DNA of 63,837 bases, filler included, from Choristocarpus tenellus KU-1152 (GCA_964200185.2; 11 parts of 11 records of this genome joined end to end with filler, not necessarily neighbours in it); one strand, 5' to 3'; shown: positions 1 to 13,997, numbered from the whole stretch's first letter. Made by a program: numbers and translations. The notes: generated from the letters alone by a model not told the origin.

Positions 1-446
1 ATCAAGTTCACGACCATGTAGAGGGGGTGCCAAACGGGATTTGGGAGGGGGTGGGGGTGGTGGAGGGGGGAAGTGTTGCAAGTACCAAGTAACCAGGGGA
101 ACAGTAAGGAGAGGGGGGGCAAGAATCAAGTCTCATGTGTTTTGTATGTGCCCATAGCTCAAAAGCACGGCAGTGCCCAGAGTGAAGTTTATGCCAGGTG
201 GTAAAATCACTTGGCTAGCGCATACAATCTCGCTTCAACATCTTCTTGTTCCAGTTCAATGTCCTCACCAGGAACACATCATGCCTGTTTGAAAAATATC
301 CAATACATATTTTAATTATCCAATACATATTTTAATTCTTTACACGGTGTTGAGGGGGGAGGCTTCGAGGTGAAAAAAAAAAGACCTTTTTACGTAAATA
401 AACAATGGCGTGTACGATACAAGAGTGAGTATTGTAAACAACGATC

Positions 447-572
447 AACACACGGACACACAGACACACACAGACACACACATACACACTCAGATACACC
501 AACGCACACACACACACAGACACACACACACACACACACAGATACACACACACACAGACACACAGACAGACA

Positions 573-615
<43 letters not shown>
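447..615. repeat. Imperfect (CA)n/(TG)n microsatellite starting at a GCP3 splice donor
   Basis: Direct sequence. It explains the spurious CV/HT ORFs. Confidence 0.95.
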
Positions 616-618
<3 letters not shown>

Positions 619-3600
619 AAGTCCCGCTGCAGCCCCAACCATGGCTGCCATGAGCTTAAGCCTCTCCATCGGGTCCATCACCCACACAGCAAGCCTTCGC
701 AACGTCAGCCCTGCTGTACCACCGCCCCCGCCCTCCCCATTGTCCACGGCGATGACGCCCGCACCCCCTGCAGCAGCCTCCGCATCGAGGTTGAGCTGCG
801 CCTCGAGCACAGCAATGAGTCGGTAGTATTCGGTCATCTCCCGCTTCAGAGTGAATACAAACGCCTGCTGCAATCGTCCAGAACCGGACCCAGCCCCCCT
901 GCTCACGCCATTATCGTCCATCCCCTCACTCCCACCTTGTTTGTTACATTAGGGTGGGTGGGAGGGGGAGGGGGAGGGGGAGGGGGAGAGGGGGGGGAGC
1001 AGAGAGCGAAATCGGTCACCACGGACTTGTGGTATGTTGTCGGCAAGGAGTACGGGTGTGTGGGGAAAGGGTGAGTTAGATTTTTGTATGAGAAAAGAGG
1101 GGATCAGAGAGCATTGGGGGGAGGGGAGGGAAGGGGGGGGTTGGGGGTAAACCGGTCTCTGCTCCTTGTTGAATGCATGTATCACCGCTTGTTATAGGCC
1201 AAAAAAATAAAAACATCGAAGAGACTTCTGGGCCCATGGCATTCTAGAGGGGGAGTCAGGCGTGCATTCGTGACCTGTGGCGACTGTAGTGACTTCATGT
1301 CATACAAGAGAACGTGTCAGAAGTAACTGCCATTTCCTTCATCTGAATGCACCTATATTTTCCATCCCCCTGCCCTGGATCAAATCCGAATGAAAAGCAC
1401 CTGCAAAACAGGCATCAAAGTTGGGCATCTTTCAATACCCCATCAAGCCCCCAATAGACCACTTGGTCTAAACACTCTCTCCCCCCTAGGACATACCATG
1501 GGTCATGGGAGACTGATCAGCCAATCACCAAGGCCTGGGAACAACGCGCTCCCTTTTAACGATTCCTCTTTACTGAACTCAATACCAGCACTATCAACAC
1601 TGCTTGTTGAAAGGGTATTGACGACTCCTATTCTAATTTTTAACAATCTGTGAAACAAGAAACAACACCGGCCAACACTTGCACCTTTTTGCAAGTAGGG
1701 TCATTTTACATGTGCCAATAAAGAGTCCAAACACACACACACACACACACACTTTATTGTCCACAAAATCAATGCTTCTGCAACAGTCAAAACAGTCAAG
1801 CCTTGGCATACTGCACAATGAAACCCTGTCACCCACACTCCCCTCCCTTAGATATTTCACAGCAAAAGGAAGTCAACATGAAATCTCCCTTCCCACAAAG
1901 AGGATAAGACCATTGAAAAATGTATTTCCCCCATTGCTGACAAAGAGCTAATCCCCAAGAGAGAAAATACTCCCCCCCCAAATACTAAGGCGCCTTGATC
2001 CTCCTGGAATCCCTACCCCAGCTTCCCCCTGCCCAAACACAAGAAGGCCACTACAGATGGAATACAGCGTAGTAACACAATCAGCTAGCAGTGCCCCAAC
2101 ATCATGAAATAGGATTCCTCACGTTCAACCCGCTGTATATAGCTAACCACTTCCGTGAAAAGCCACCCCATTTCTAGCATTGTACACGTCAGATCCTGTA
2201 TAGCTTCCCCCACTCGGCAGTGAGGGTCCAAGGCATAGCCCTCCTCATCTCTCATGTACCTGATGTGTTGGCTATCAATGCCCTACAATAAGACAGACGA
2301 TAGACCCCATGATGGTCGAATGAATGGGGGGGCGGGGGGCAGGGGGGGAGCAGGTATGAGCAGTTTTAGTACATATTGATTTTGAGTGATATTTGTGTAC
2401 ATGAGTTGTGAGGAAGTCAGTGAAGTAGTTGGGAGGGGCATTGGGATGTCAGGACTGAGGCCAAATGTGATCTGGGTTGCTCTTTAAGATTGCAAGCAGT
2501 GTTCCCTATTACTCTCTTCTCTCCTTGGCAAAAACGTTCCCTGTTCGTGCAGCCTTTGATTTTAACAAAACCCTGGCAGGATTAGGGCTAGGGTTGAAAA
2601 GCTCGGAATGGGTAAATCATGGGTGCAACTTTGCCTTCACCACAAACCTCAGCTTGCAGTAACGTGATGAATGTGATAAATAATGAAACAGACCTGTCAA
2701 CAGTTTCATACAGCATTTTGGTGGACTGCTTTAGATAGAGCTGTACAATGTTGCCATTCATGTGCCATCATATCTTGCACAGAGGATTACTACAACTACA
2801 TTTCCCCTCCCCCCCGTGTCTACTTCAGTGAAAACTGAACAATCTGAAATATTTTCTTCACAAAATTTTGTCAAACTTTACCTAGCATAGCTGTAGAGTA
2901 GCAATCCCTTCAAATAGCGAGATAAACAAATGGGGTTCAATACATCAGTAGGGAAAACTGTCTGTTTCTAGCAGTAGAGCACCAGCCGTTGCACAGAGGC
3001 TAGACTCAACAAAACACCCCGTTCCCCTTCCTTTAACCTCTCCTCCAGGGTTTTTCCAGAACAGACCATTACCGCCCAGAGCTGCAACTAGATCAAAACA
3101 GCAGCCTCTCATTGGATGTGGAATGCTGAATGTGTAATCCGTGTTGCAAGAAAAACATGCAACGAATCAAAGCAAGGGGTCAATGTGTGATCAATTCTCA
3201 CCTGGGCAGCATATAGAATGTCCCTCAGAAGAGCCCTTTCTGTAATCTCGCTCACTGCCCACCCGCTCACCCCCCGATTTACTAGTGCACTCCCTCGACC
3301 CACTCCGCTTCCTGTTCCATTTACCTCGCCCCCATTTATCGTTCGTTGGAATTCTCCCCTGACTATTTCCCTCTCTCCCCCATACGATAGCTCTTGCGAC
3401 CTATGCAAGGGTGCCTGCTTTCGCTCTATGGGCCTTCCTAAGTCCGGTAGCCCCCCTGCGGGCTCGGCAAAAGCTAATGGTGGGACACCTCCATCGTATC
3501 CCCCTCGGCCAGGGGCGGAGTCGGCAAGGGCATAAAGCAGATGTAGTGTAGATGCCCTATTGTGAACACCTCTGAGAAGTCGAAGACGTCGGTGCAGGTC

Positions 3601-4315
3601 TTCGAACCTGAGGGCCACTTCTACCCCGTCTTCGCCCTTTCTCTGTGGCACCTTTGGGTTGGAGGGATGACGGACAGGTGGCGTGGGGGGTGTAGAAGGG
3701 GATGGAGTTCATACGCTGCATCAATAGGTAAAATAGAGCATCTGAGGTTGAAAACATGAAATTTCTAAGTGACTCCCGATCCAAGCGTCCACTCTAGCGA
3801 TCAGTGCACTCGAGGGGGGAAGAGAGGGGGAGAGAGGGGTAGATGTCGAAGATCGTCAACTACAAAGTATTTTCTTGCAGAAAGGACACATAGTGACGGT
3901 TGCAAGAGGTCAGTGCATCTACATTGACAAAGAAAGCAGTACAATTTGGGGAAACTACTCCTACATTCGTACACGATCAGTCCACTACCGTGGCAACATT
4001 CAAGGGTGACTTCGCTTTGAGGAAACTTCCCCTCACCTTGACAAGCCTCGTTCGAATGCTCTGTGCAATCGAACCCTCGTCTCCCAACAACAAAGAATCC
4101 CCCATGCGACTTGTCAATAATCGTAGGCACATTCTCACAGCCGCCTGCACTTGCCGTGGCGAAGGGTCCAACTTCTCCCCCACAGAGTGCCCTTCCAACA
4201 ATATCTGCGCCAGGTCCTCCACTAGACTAGTCGTTCGAAGCGTTTCCGAGCCGGGGCCTTCTCCGGGACACCCATTCTCTCGATGCCATCCTCCATCTCT
4301 TCCCTTGCGAGACAT
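616..4315 (-). CDS. TUBGCP3: Gamma-tubulin complex component 3 (GCP3/Spc98), 5' part; exons approx 4315-4037, 3651-3202, 2282-2123, 935-616
   Basis: GT-AG exons join in phase. Peptides include ITERALLRDILYAAQ-GIDSQHI, LQQAFVFTLKREMTEYYRLIAVLEAQL and LTLRRLAVWVMDPMERLKLMA, which are typical of GCP3. The 3' part lies outside the window. Confidence 0.9.
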
Positions 4316-4656
4316 TTCCCTTATGCTTTGGGACTGCGAGTCTCGCGTTCCTGTAAAGTCTACGCTCGTCAAGTATGTGTCGATACCTTAAGTTTCAGAT
4401 TTCACAGAGAATTTCAAATTTTGATATATTGTTATACCTTTATTTGTCCATATTTTGGTACCCTATATTGTCTATTTTCAAAATACCGTTATGCAGGGTT
4501 AGACAAAACTCCACGGTAAGAAAACAACTGATCATAAGTAGTAAAAGAGGAACTACATCTTGAACCTTTTCAAGCATCACACCACCAAAAGATCAAAAGC
4601 CAAAGCTATAGCACCAGATCATAGGGAGGCACTGTTTTTCCTTTTGGGACAGAGCG

Positions 4657-6322
4657 ATGGAGACGGAAAGTGAAGTGTCGATGGATGAGCAAATGGAAAC
4701 CGAGGATGAGGATGGAAAGGGTGCTGCTTCTTCGGAGAATGAAAAAGTAGATACAGATGTTCACAAGGATGTGAAGGGCCCACAGTCTTCCGCGATTCGA
4801 AGCACGGCAGCAGGGTCAGAGAGGCGTACTTCGACGACTTCTCCTCAACTTCGTTCGAGGGGAAGTGCGACGACGGTGACTGTGTCTGATCCCACGAAGT
4901 CGGCGAAGTCTGCTGAGAGATCAGTGGTGTGGAAGTACTTCCAGAAGTTCGTCCCTCCCAATGGAACCACCAAGAACACGAGGTGTACAGTCTTGGTCAT
5001 CAAGAATGGAAGGCGAATGGAGTGTGGGAATCTTTTCAGTCACACCTCCAAGAATGGTACATCCGGACTCATCAACCACCTGCACCAGTTCCACAAGGAG
5101 GAACACAAGGAGATGATCGAGGCTAGTGTGCGATCGACAAAGGGGAAGGCGAGCAGAGCATCATCAATCGGTGAGAGAAGGCGTAGTGAAAGTGGTGGCT
5201 GTGTGGAATATGCCACCCTCCTTTGCGTGACGAGTCGCTTTTGCTGGATAGATGTTGGTGCCCATATTTTGGGCCTTGTCCCAGCTAAAATATGACACAA
5301 TGAACCGTTGCCCTACTCTCACTCAACTACAGTGAGTGCGTGGACGCCGACACGTACCCGTTTTCTGGAGGAGAGAATGACCGCTACACAACGCCAGAAA
5401 TTAAATCGCCTGTTCGTGATCTGGTGTGCAATTAACTTGAGACCACAGCATATGGTGCATGATATCGGGTTCAAGCTGTTTGTGGGCAGTTACGTCCCAG
5501 GCTACGTCAGTGAAGCCATGCACTCGAGTATTTTTCACAAGATCCTTGTTGACCTGTACATGGGGGTGAAGGCTTCTGCCATGCAGGCCCTCAAGGAGCA
5601 CTTGGACTTGTGCAAGACCCTGGGGTGGAACGGTCCCATCTGCTCACTGCAACTGGATTCGATAACTGTATCCAATACAAAGTTTATCACATTCACAGCC
5701 TCTTTCATTCCAAGCGACTGGAGAAAAATGCAACGGCTCGCCCTGTGCACACGGGCATTTCCAGGAACTCACACAGCGGAGGACTTGAAAATTTGGATAG
5801 AGGAGGTGAGGTCTAAAACGTCGAAACGCCAGCCCAGGATCTTTTGTGCAGTTGATTCATGAGAGTCTCATTGTGGGAGGTACTACACTGTGTTTTTTTG
5901 TTGCACTTACTCTACCTTGCCTACTTCTCACATTGAACTTCTTGTGGCGCACTGAGACAGGTTACTATGGAATTTTTCTCAGATTTTGCAGGCAAAAGTG
6001 TTAAGCCCAAGGACATATTCCTTGCTGGCACAGTGGACCAAGGAACCAACCTCTACAACGCTGTTTGTGCTCTTGGCATCGAGAGTACCTGGTGCAGTGT
6101 GCACCGCCTCAATACTGCCGTGGTGTGGGGGCTGGGGATTTCGGGCTCCAATGACAAGAAGTCACCCAAGAATGGGCAAATGAGGGAAACCATCAAGAAG
6201 ATCACTGACATGGTTGCCTACTTCAGCCGTTCCAGCATCAACATGGATCCTCGGAGCGTGGTTCAGGAGCAAACAGAGGACCTTGAGTGCATCCTCAACC
6301 TTGTCAGACGGAATGACGCAAG
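4657..6322 (+). CDS. BED zinc-finger hAT (Ac-like) transposase or ZBED-like protein, partial; exons 4657-5170, 5333-5805, 5961-6322
   Basis: BED finger (SVVWKYF...C...C...GTSGLINHLHQFH), putative catalytic Asp motifs LQLDSIT and TVDQGTN, CxxH (CSVHRLN), and RNDAR before the expected W. Phase-compatible GT-AG introns. The C-terminal part is missing before the contig end. Confidence 0.85.
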
Positions 6323-6790
6323 GTCAGAACATGCTCCCAGGAGGTTAAGATTGGGTCAAGGCAACATTGATACCGAATACCAACATGTAAATTCTCTAGT
6401 ACTCTAGTACTCTAGTTCTAAGTTGTGCTATCGTTAATAAATTCATGTCAACTGTCAATCAATCTCCTTTACTACTCTGTTGGGGAAACCACTCCTGCTG
6501 GGTTCCCCCTCACTATTTTTAAAATTACCTAACGGTTTCTTTTTGTTCTGAAATCGGTACACATATTCCTATTTTCTCATCCATCCCTTCAACCACCCAC
6601 GTTATAGTTTTTTACTATTCGATCAGAAGAAAAAAATACTATAGTGCATTTTTTTGTTTTTCTTGAAAGTACAAATTTCAAGTACTCTTTATTCCTCTAC
6701 TTTTTCCTTCAGCAAGAGACAGTGAATATTTTAGTTGTAACCTTTACAGTGCCATCTTCTATGTTGCCATTCACCAAGATCCCCCCCCCC

Positions 6791-6890
6791 NNNNNNNNNN
6801 NNNNNNNNNNNNNNNNNNNNNNNNNNNNNNNNNNTTAATTAATTAANNNNNNNNNNNNNNNNNNNNNNNNNNNNNNNNNNNNNNNNNNNN
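6791..6890. other. Artificial contig linker N44-TTAATTAATTAA-N44 (also 16551-16650, 25624-25723, 38648-38747, 42165-42264, 45552-45651, 48863-48962, 51952-52051, 56138-56237, 59322-59421)
   Basis: Identical 100-nt spacer with stops in all six frames, repeated 10 times. Confidence 0.98.
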
Positions 6891-6957
6891 AAAAATCGCG
6901 ACATGAAAAATTGACCCTAAACGGACAGCCACCACCCCCTCACAGATACTTTGAGCC
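6891..6957 (+). mobile_element. MITE family B, right-end fragment at contig start
   Basis: Matches 20397-20464 and ends CAGATACTTTGAGCC. Confidence 0.85.
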
Positions 6958-7149
6958 ATATGGTGTTGGTGTGAGGGTTATATCAAGAATTCAAATCCCT
7001 AAAAGGAGGATATTGAGAGGTAACTCCTTACCAGTGGACAGGGTGATGAGGTGGCAGTTAGGAAACCTCACAACATTCAGAGGTAAGCTTTTATAGCTGC
7101 TAATATATGTGTGTGTTGCATTCTTATTGCTGGATGAGGTAGATGACAT

Positions 7150-7480
7150 GGTCATGGGCTTTGTCGAGGAGTCCAGGAGACGGGTTCAGCTGGTGGCTTG
7201 AGACACCATCATCATCTCAATTGCTTCTGAAAATAACGCCTAATGTATATACCAAGGCCTCTGAGGATTTTGATGCTGCTGGGGAAAACTGGGCGAGAAA
7301 TCGTTCGTCAGATATTAAGTATTGGTGTTTGATGAGTGGAGGGAGAGAGAGATTGTGACGTTATCTTGAGGAAGGTATTGAAAGACCTTGACATGAAGGC
7401 TGGTGAGCTCATCAGAGATAAGCTAGTGAGGGAATTTGTGTTACATGTGCCGCACGATAGGTTGGGTGAGGAAAGGAGTG
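7150..7480 (-). mobile_element. Highly decayed non-LTR (LINE-like) reverse transcriptase relic
   Basis: The minus strand reads QIPSLAY then a frameshifted DEL (YADDL-like), and downstream EALVYTLGVIF (YLG-like). Confidence 0.35.
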
Positions 7481-7714
7481 AATTTTGTCGTGGACCATAG
7501 TGTGATACAGGATACTGATGCTGTTCATAGTGATGGCGGTGGAGGGGTTAGTCCTCCTCCTCCCCCTTTCATGTTGAAGTACTGCCATTTTTTTTTTTTC
7601 TTTAGGCAAGTGCGAAAGCTAATGGATTAGACGGACACAGCAAATTGTTGCACAAAAAAAAACGGAGTTCTCCGAGAGCTCTTCCTTGTAGACCTTCGAT
7701 GCAGACGGATATCA

Positions 7715-7971
7715 GAGTCAAATCATCTTAGAGGGTAGAGCTGCGTCCGTTTGGGGGCCAAAATCCAATGTTGCGATTTTGATGTATTTTTGGCTATCGT
7801 GTTTGTTAGGAAGTGTCAATATCCTTGTTCTGGATGCGCCTTTTCACAACTTATACATTTTCCCTACTCTGAAACATTTTGCAGTAGGAAAATGTAATAA
7901 AAACCTGTGGGAAGCCAAGCCCCAAATGCATAAACAGGGCAAAACTCATACCTTCCAAGATACTTTCACTC
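7715..7971 (+). mobile_element. MITE family A, full copy, TSD ATCA
   Basis: TIRs GAGTCAAATCATCTTAGAGGGTA / TACCTTCCAAGATACTTTCACTC; ATCA on both flanks. Confidence 0.92.
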
Positions 7972-8834
7972 ATCAGACAGCTCTTTTGACTTATGGGTAT
8001 TGTAATATGTGGTGTTCTCGAGCAAGCAACATTGCATTGATACAACGCCATATACCTGGGTGAGGAATGAAGTCAAACATGAGGCTCAAACTTGTTTTTT
8101 AAATTTCGAACTTTTTTGGCCCATTGCACTCCTATTTTAAACCGGGTTCCCTTTAAGGCGTGTCAGGGGGAAACAACAGCATCAACTTTACTTACACTTT
8201 CGCGAATAAGGCCACCCATTTTGTGTTGGGACAAAAATCGCCTTAAGAGGGGCCACCTCGTGACGTTGAAAATACTATAACTATTAATACCTACCTACTA
8301 TACTTCACATATCTGTGGTGGACATAGGTATGTGTAACTACTGGTGATATTAAGGTTATGAGGGTCTTCACCTCAAAGGTTAAGTTGATGCAAATTCGAA
8401 TCATCCGAGATCTGTAACACAAAAATACTTCGAAAAATGAATAAATTATATGTAATCTTTCAAGGAACATTCCCCCTTTAGGTTTCCCGCTCTTTCTATT
8501 TTTTTTTAGATGAAATCCAGTGTACTCACTGGACTCGCTGGACTTTTCCAGTAGTTATCGTAGTCACACCAAGGTTGCCCGACAAGAAAACAAGGAGAGG
8601 GAGTGGTTTTGTAGGCAGGAACTACCACAACACCTGGTCACTCAAACAAAACTTTGTGCTTGCTTCGAAGAAGTGCCCTCTCAGTCACGCTCGCTAAGTT
8701 TAACACCCATTCAGATATCGAGTTGCAGTTTAGACCTCAAGTGGAACTTCCACCAGTGGTGATAAGGAGTTGGTTAAGTCACAGACTCTCAGCTGATAGA
8801 GTAGTGCGAGTCCCTTTGGGTTGACTGGGATAAG

Positions 8835-10508
8835 ATGTCTAGTGTATCAGATGATGGTGTTAGTGCTTCGGGCGGGCACTCTGCATCCGACATCGGATCT
8901 TCTCATACCAACGCGCTCGTGCTGCATGAGGTGGGTAGATTGCCTACTGCAAACATCGATCATTCGGTGTTCCCGCCGTTCATACTCCAGGATTTCATTG
9001 TATTGAGTTGTTGCTGTTTCGATGGTCGAGTGCATCCACTCAAAGTTCATGGGGGGTGTTCATGTATCTCACCATGAAGCTAACCTAACTTTTTGTACCG
9101 TTCTGACCCACCCTTCCTTTATCCCCGACTCATCCTCTGATTTGAATGCCCATTTAATTCGACGTCCTATGGGTTTTCTGGTTCCCTTCCCATTGCATGA
9201 CATTGCAGTACCCCATCCGGTTGGGAACGTCGCGCTTCCTTTCACAACCTCTTTTTGTGTTGTACAAAGGAGCACTTACCATCGAGCTCGTATTCTGGGC
9301 TATCTACTGGCCGCATGAGGAAGGAAGGGAAATGTGGAAGTTTGCCAACTTCTGGCTGTGGGACGCCATGGCAATTTACTTCTCGATCTCATTTGTGACT
9401 GCTTACTTGTACCTGGAGCGGCCCCCAGATGAGGACATGCCGAAGGGACCTTGTCTACTGAACGTCCTCGGGTGGTTCCAATTGGCCTTCTGGTACCTTT
9501 GCTGTGTAATTTCCTGCATCATTGTTTTGCTGCACTGGGTTTTCTTGGTGAGATAATGAGACTTGCTAGATTGTGTGCCAGGAATGGACAAGATAGTACA
9601 TGTATTCCTGGCTCAAGCAAACTATTGTGGGGTTGCCAACATTTTCTTAGTAAGAAAAGTTGTGAGAAATTGTGACAGTGGTCTTCTGGCTAGTGCTTTA
9701 CACCTTATTTTGTTTTTCAAAACACTTTACGGCAACCGTTGTTGCAACAACGGCATTGAATCTTTTCGACTTCCGCTGTCTCCCATTCCCGTTTCAGGAT
9801 GACGGCGAGGACCTGGACTCTGTCGATATCAACATCCACTGCTTAAGTGCCATCTTCATGGTGAGCACGTCGACATGAAATACTTCTCTTTTGCTTGTCA
9901 TGCTTGAAGGTTCGCTTCTTTCCGCCAGTTGAATGTCGGCTACCTTCCGACTCTTGATCATGACCCCCCACCCCCCTCCCTCCCTTCCTCCTTCTCCTGT
10001 ACACAACTGTCTACAAAACAGGCTATTGATCAGCTGATTGTGGCAACGGAGTATCGCCTGGAGTACTTTTGGCCTGCCTCTCTCTTTGTGATAGTGTACA
10101 CAGGATTCAACCTTGCATTCTATTACCTGACTGATAGGGAAAATGGGGATCACATCATCTACCAAGACGTGCAGTGGGACCCTGAACCGACCCTTGCGGC
10201 TGAGATCGTTATCGGTGTGTTCTTCGTCTTGGTACCAATCTTCCATGTGGCGCACTACCTTCTCTACCAGTGAGTGAATTGTGTTAGTTTGGTGTCAGTG
10301 CTTGTGCACTGTTCTATGCATTGCAGAACAAGTCTAGTTCATGTGACCAATGTGTAGCATCCTTACCTAGTGGCACAACACTCTCAGCTCATCGGTGTCT
10401 ACATGGGACCTTCTTGCTAATACTCCCCAACCTTCCCCCCCCCCCCCACTCCCCCATCTGTTGCCCTTGTTTTTCAGGGTGCGAGAGGGATTGGCAACAT
10501 GCAATTGA
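8835..10508 (+). CDS. Multi-pass membrane protein, rolling stone / FAR-17a-AIG1-like; exons approx 8835-8930, (8991-?), 9270-9547, 9798-9860, 10022-10269, 10478-10508
   Basis: About six hydrophobic segments, INIH motif, IIYQDVQW and LVPIFH. The downstream exons splice in phase; the second exon boundary is uncertain. Confidence 0.65.
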
Positions 10509-13500
10509 CAATAGTGTGGTCTTGTTGTAGATGTCATAGAGCCTGGAGCACCAAGTGGAGGAGCACAGACCCTTTGCGATTGACTCTTACATAAGCCCAG
10601 GAGACTGGGTATGAGGAAAGGAAGGTTGCGGTGTTGTGGGGTGGAGGGGGAAGGAAGTAGAGGGGTGACATGCAGTAAGATGAAGTGTAGATTGAAGGAT
10701 CACTACAATTGTACATTCAGTGCATTCAGTGAGATTTTGTTGCTTGTTTTTGAGTTACCATGTGTTTTTGTATCTCTTTCATATGTGCAAGAGAAATGCC
10801 TTCGGATGACTATCTTCTGTATCCAAACACGCTTTATTAGTTACGCAGTTTTACTAGTAAGCAAATAGAGGCGGTGTATGCATCTTGTGAATGGTGCAAC
10901 AATCACCCCCCCCCCTCCCCCCCTCCTACCTCCCCCCCAACAGTACTCCCTGTTCCTTTCCTGGAACATTGTTAACTTTTGTTGGAGACTTGTGGATGTT
11001 GTTCAGAACTAAATTGTGTTAAGTGTTGTGTTGTATGTTGGTTGCATGTGGCGTGTATTGCATCAAAATTTGCCCTTGTTTTTATTCCCATCCATCTTTT
11101 TATTATAGTTTGTACCGAGTGGTGCAGCTGTTTTCCAGAGAGGACCAGCGATCAGAGTTGAACTTCGCCCCCACTCCTTAGCGTAACCATGCAAATAGTG
11201 CAGGCCTGCTTTTGAAGGAGCAAGACCCTTGTGGCATTTTGTGGTTCTTCAATCTGCTTGAATAGTTAATTCTCAGCTATGCAAGTTTTGTCTTGATAAC
11301 CCCTTTGATAGGGTAAACATCTTCAGTGGTGACATTAATAGTATCTTCTTGTGTGAAGCATACAATACATAATATATTCACTCTCTTGGGAAGTAGCAAG
11401 GTAATGCTCTCCCAGCCAAGTGTATCTGAAAACACATTTTCTGCCACACTAATATTTTGTACCAACTAGTGTATATCTCAACTAGAAGCCAGATGCTGCA
11501 GTGGATACCTAGAAGCACTTGAGTTTAAAATGCATAGCCTCAGAAATGCTTGTTAAGATCCAAGTGACCTCCCCTACGCTGCCTGTACAGATACAGATAC
11601 ATAGGTACATCTCGATACATTTACATCCTCCTATGCGCCAGTTGAGAATTTATTCTCCACTCAGGATCATGAAGTGTGTGCATCTCATGCACCAAGGAAG
11701 TAGATTCTGGAGACCATTGTGGGCCCCTCTTGGTTATGTCTCAGGTGTTTGACCCTCCCTGCCTGTTGGGTAATTCCTTGTGATGCTCCCCTTTTGTAGA
11801 TTTCCATGGTCAAGTAAGATTTGGTGCTTCAGAAGCAGTTGCATCCCATGGCAACAAAGGAAGCTTTGATTATTATGTAGTACATGATACACTGTAGCAG
11901 GATTCTCAATTACAAAATTACGTAATGTGGCATACAATCTGAATATGAAATGACTTACGTGACTTCGTCGGGACATTAATTAGACCGATTCTAAGTTGAA
12001 AAACCACCCCTGAGAATGTAAGAGTTGTTTGTAGAATGCTGTGCCCTTTGACGCAATTCATTCCAGACAGAGCAGGGACCCACAACAAAAAAGGGGTTTA
12101 AAAGATAACGTACATATTTCTATTGTTGGTGTTGTGGGACGAAAAAGTCTCCATTACTCTTGCATTGAATCACAAGGTACAATTGGGTATGGTGATGCTC
12201 TGACTGCATCCATGGGGGAAGTCACAACAGTAATTGCACTCTGAGGTCGTAATTCTCTAAGAAATGAAAAATAGATGGTAGAGCAATCCCACAAGGAGCA
12301 AGGGCACACTGGAGTGTGAGGTAGGTATCACCTGGGAAGGCCTCGATCAGGGAGGAGACGAGATTGGCATGGCAATGTATTTACTATGTACTACAGTTTG
12401 ACTAGTCGTATGCATTTTACGGTGGGGCTGACTGGGGACCGTTGTGGAGACTCCCGACAAATCAGGACAATGAGTATATTGTGGAAGGTTGAGGATATGC
12501 ACATTTTGAAAGCACACACCCTCACTATAGAAATGGCAATGCTTGCAAAGATGTATACTTTGACTCGTAACTGACACACGCAAACAACAGTGTCTCACTA
12601 GGCATCCCCTGGCATGCCTACACCTCCCTGTATTACATAAACCGCGACTTTCGAATGTCAAAGATTGTCACTCAAACAATTATGATATAAAAAAAATAGT
12701 CCAAGGCTTCCAGCAGTCCAACTGAAGCAATGACCACAAACTCTGGTACAATGGGATGAGCAAGGGAAGGGTATTCCGATTGTCCCTTCTCCGTCTCTAC
12801 TACTACTCCAATCACTCTTGTCCCTTCTTCGACTTGCTCATTCGTCGGAAATAGCGATTGCCTTCCACCCCCTCTCCATCTTGGCCAGGGAGAGGTGGAA
12901 GAGGCTGCTCAGGCATCTCAGAGGGAAGGAGCTGACCTTTTGCAGCCTTATCATCATCGCGCTTATCTCTCCAATTGATCAGGGACACATACACTGGCCA
13001 CACAAAGGAAACAATTTTAGGAGATAGGAAGATATTTGGAAAGAAGAACGGGGCACACGGAGGAAAACGTTCGGTTTGACATCTAAGCTATAGGGAGAGG
13101 AAATCATTATCCAGGAAGGTGCAGAGCAACACAGACTTGTGGTCAAAAAATTGCATTCCATACACCAAGGGCTTGGAGAACTAAAAGAGTGCCATTTTGT
13201 ACAGGCCTTTATTAATCTCTGTTTCTCTAGTTGAGTACCAGGGTTTACCACTTCCCTGTTTATGCCCTTCGGTACTAGTGTAGATGGCAGAAACTAACAA
13301 ATACGTCCTGCCATGGCAACGTACAAGTGGTAGTCGTTCGATTGATCTCACCGGCTCCACTGATGATCGCAAGCAGGAGTACAGAAGATGCCAAACTGAG
13401 ACTAGAGATAATGCTATCCGCAAGATCACTTGAAGCGGGTGAGCTGTCCTCCGCTAGGGTGAGGAACATCTGTGGCTCGTTGGCAACTCGCCCGAATGGT

Positions 13501-13997
13501 TGACTTGCCTTTTGTACCATTGAAAATTCAGCCAATGGGGACCTCCAGCAGCTCTTGACTGAAATACGGAATGCAGTGTATATCAGGCAAGCGTTTCTTG
13601 ATGAGCAGGCTATGTATACAACTTTAAGACCCCCCAAACACCACTCACACTTGTTGATTGTTGTTGAAACTTTGACCTCTTCATTACGACTTACATGCAG
13701 AGTTACAACGCCCGGTAACCGCCGATGAGGGGATCACAAACGCTGCCCCCTGTACCACCATGATGGCAAGGATGAGTATCATTTGCTGAGAGTAAGTCCA
13801 ACTCATGCTTCTCACACATGTCATGATCTCAAGATGTATTGTTGGGCAACTCTGTTGAAGTCATGTATATTATAAGGACAATACGCCTGTTCTATCTACT
13901 ACATTCGGTGATACGACAACCTCCCATCCAGTCCACTCGCCAACATTGAGCGACAACTTCTGTACCACTACAACAAGATAGCCTAGTATAAAGAGGG

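Noticed and set aside
332-1074. Long HT/CV-repeat ORFs
   Set aside because: Translations of a (CA)n microsatellite and the antisense of a GCP3 exon.
12780-13790. Coding-looking stretch including an NHL-like DNAIRKIT word
   Set aside because: Interrupted by stops in every frame, with no consistent exon chain or recognisable family.
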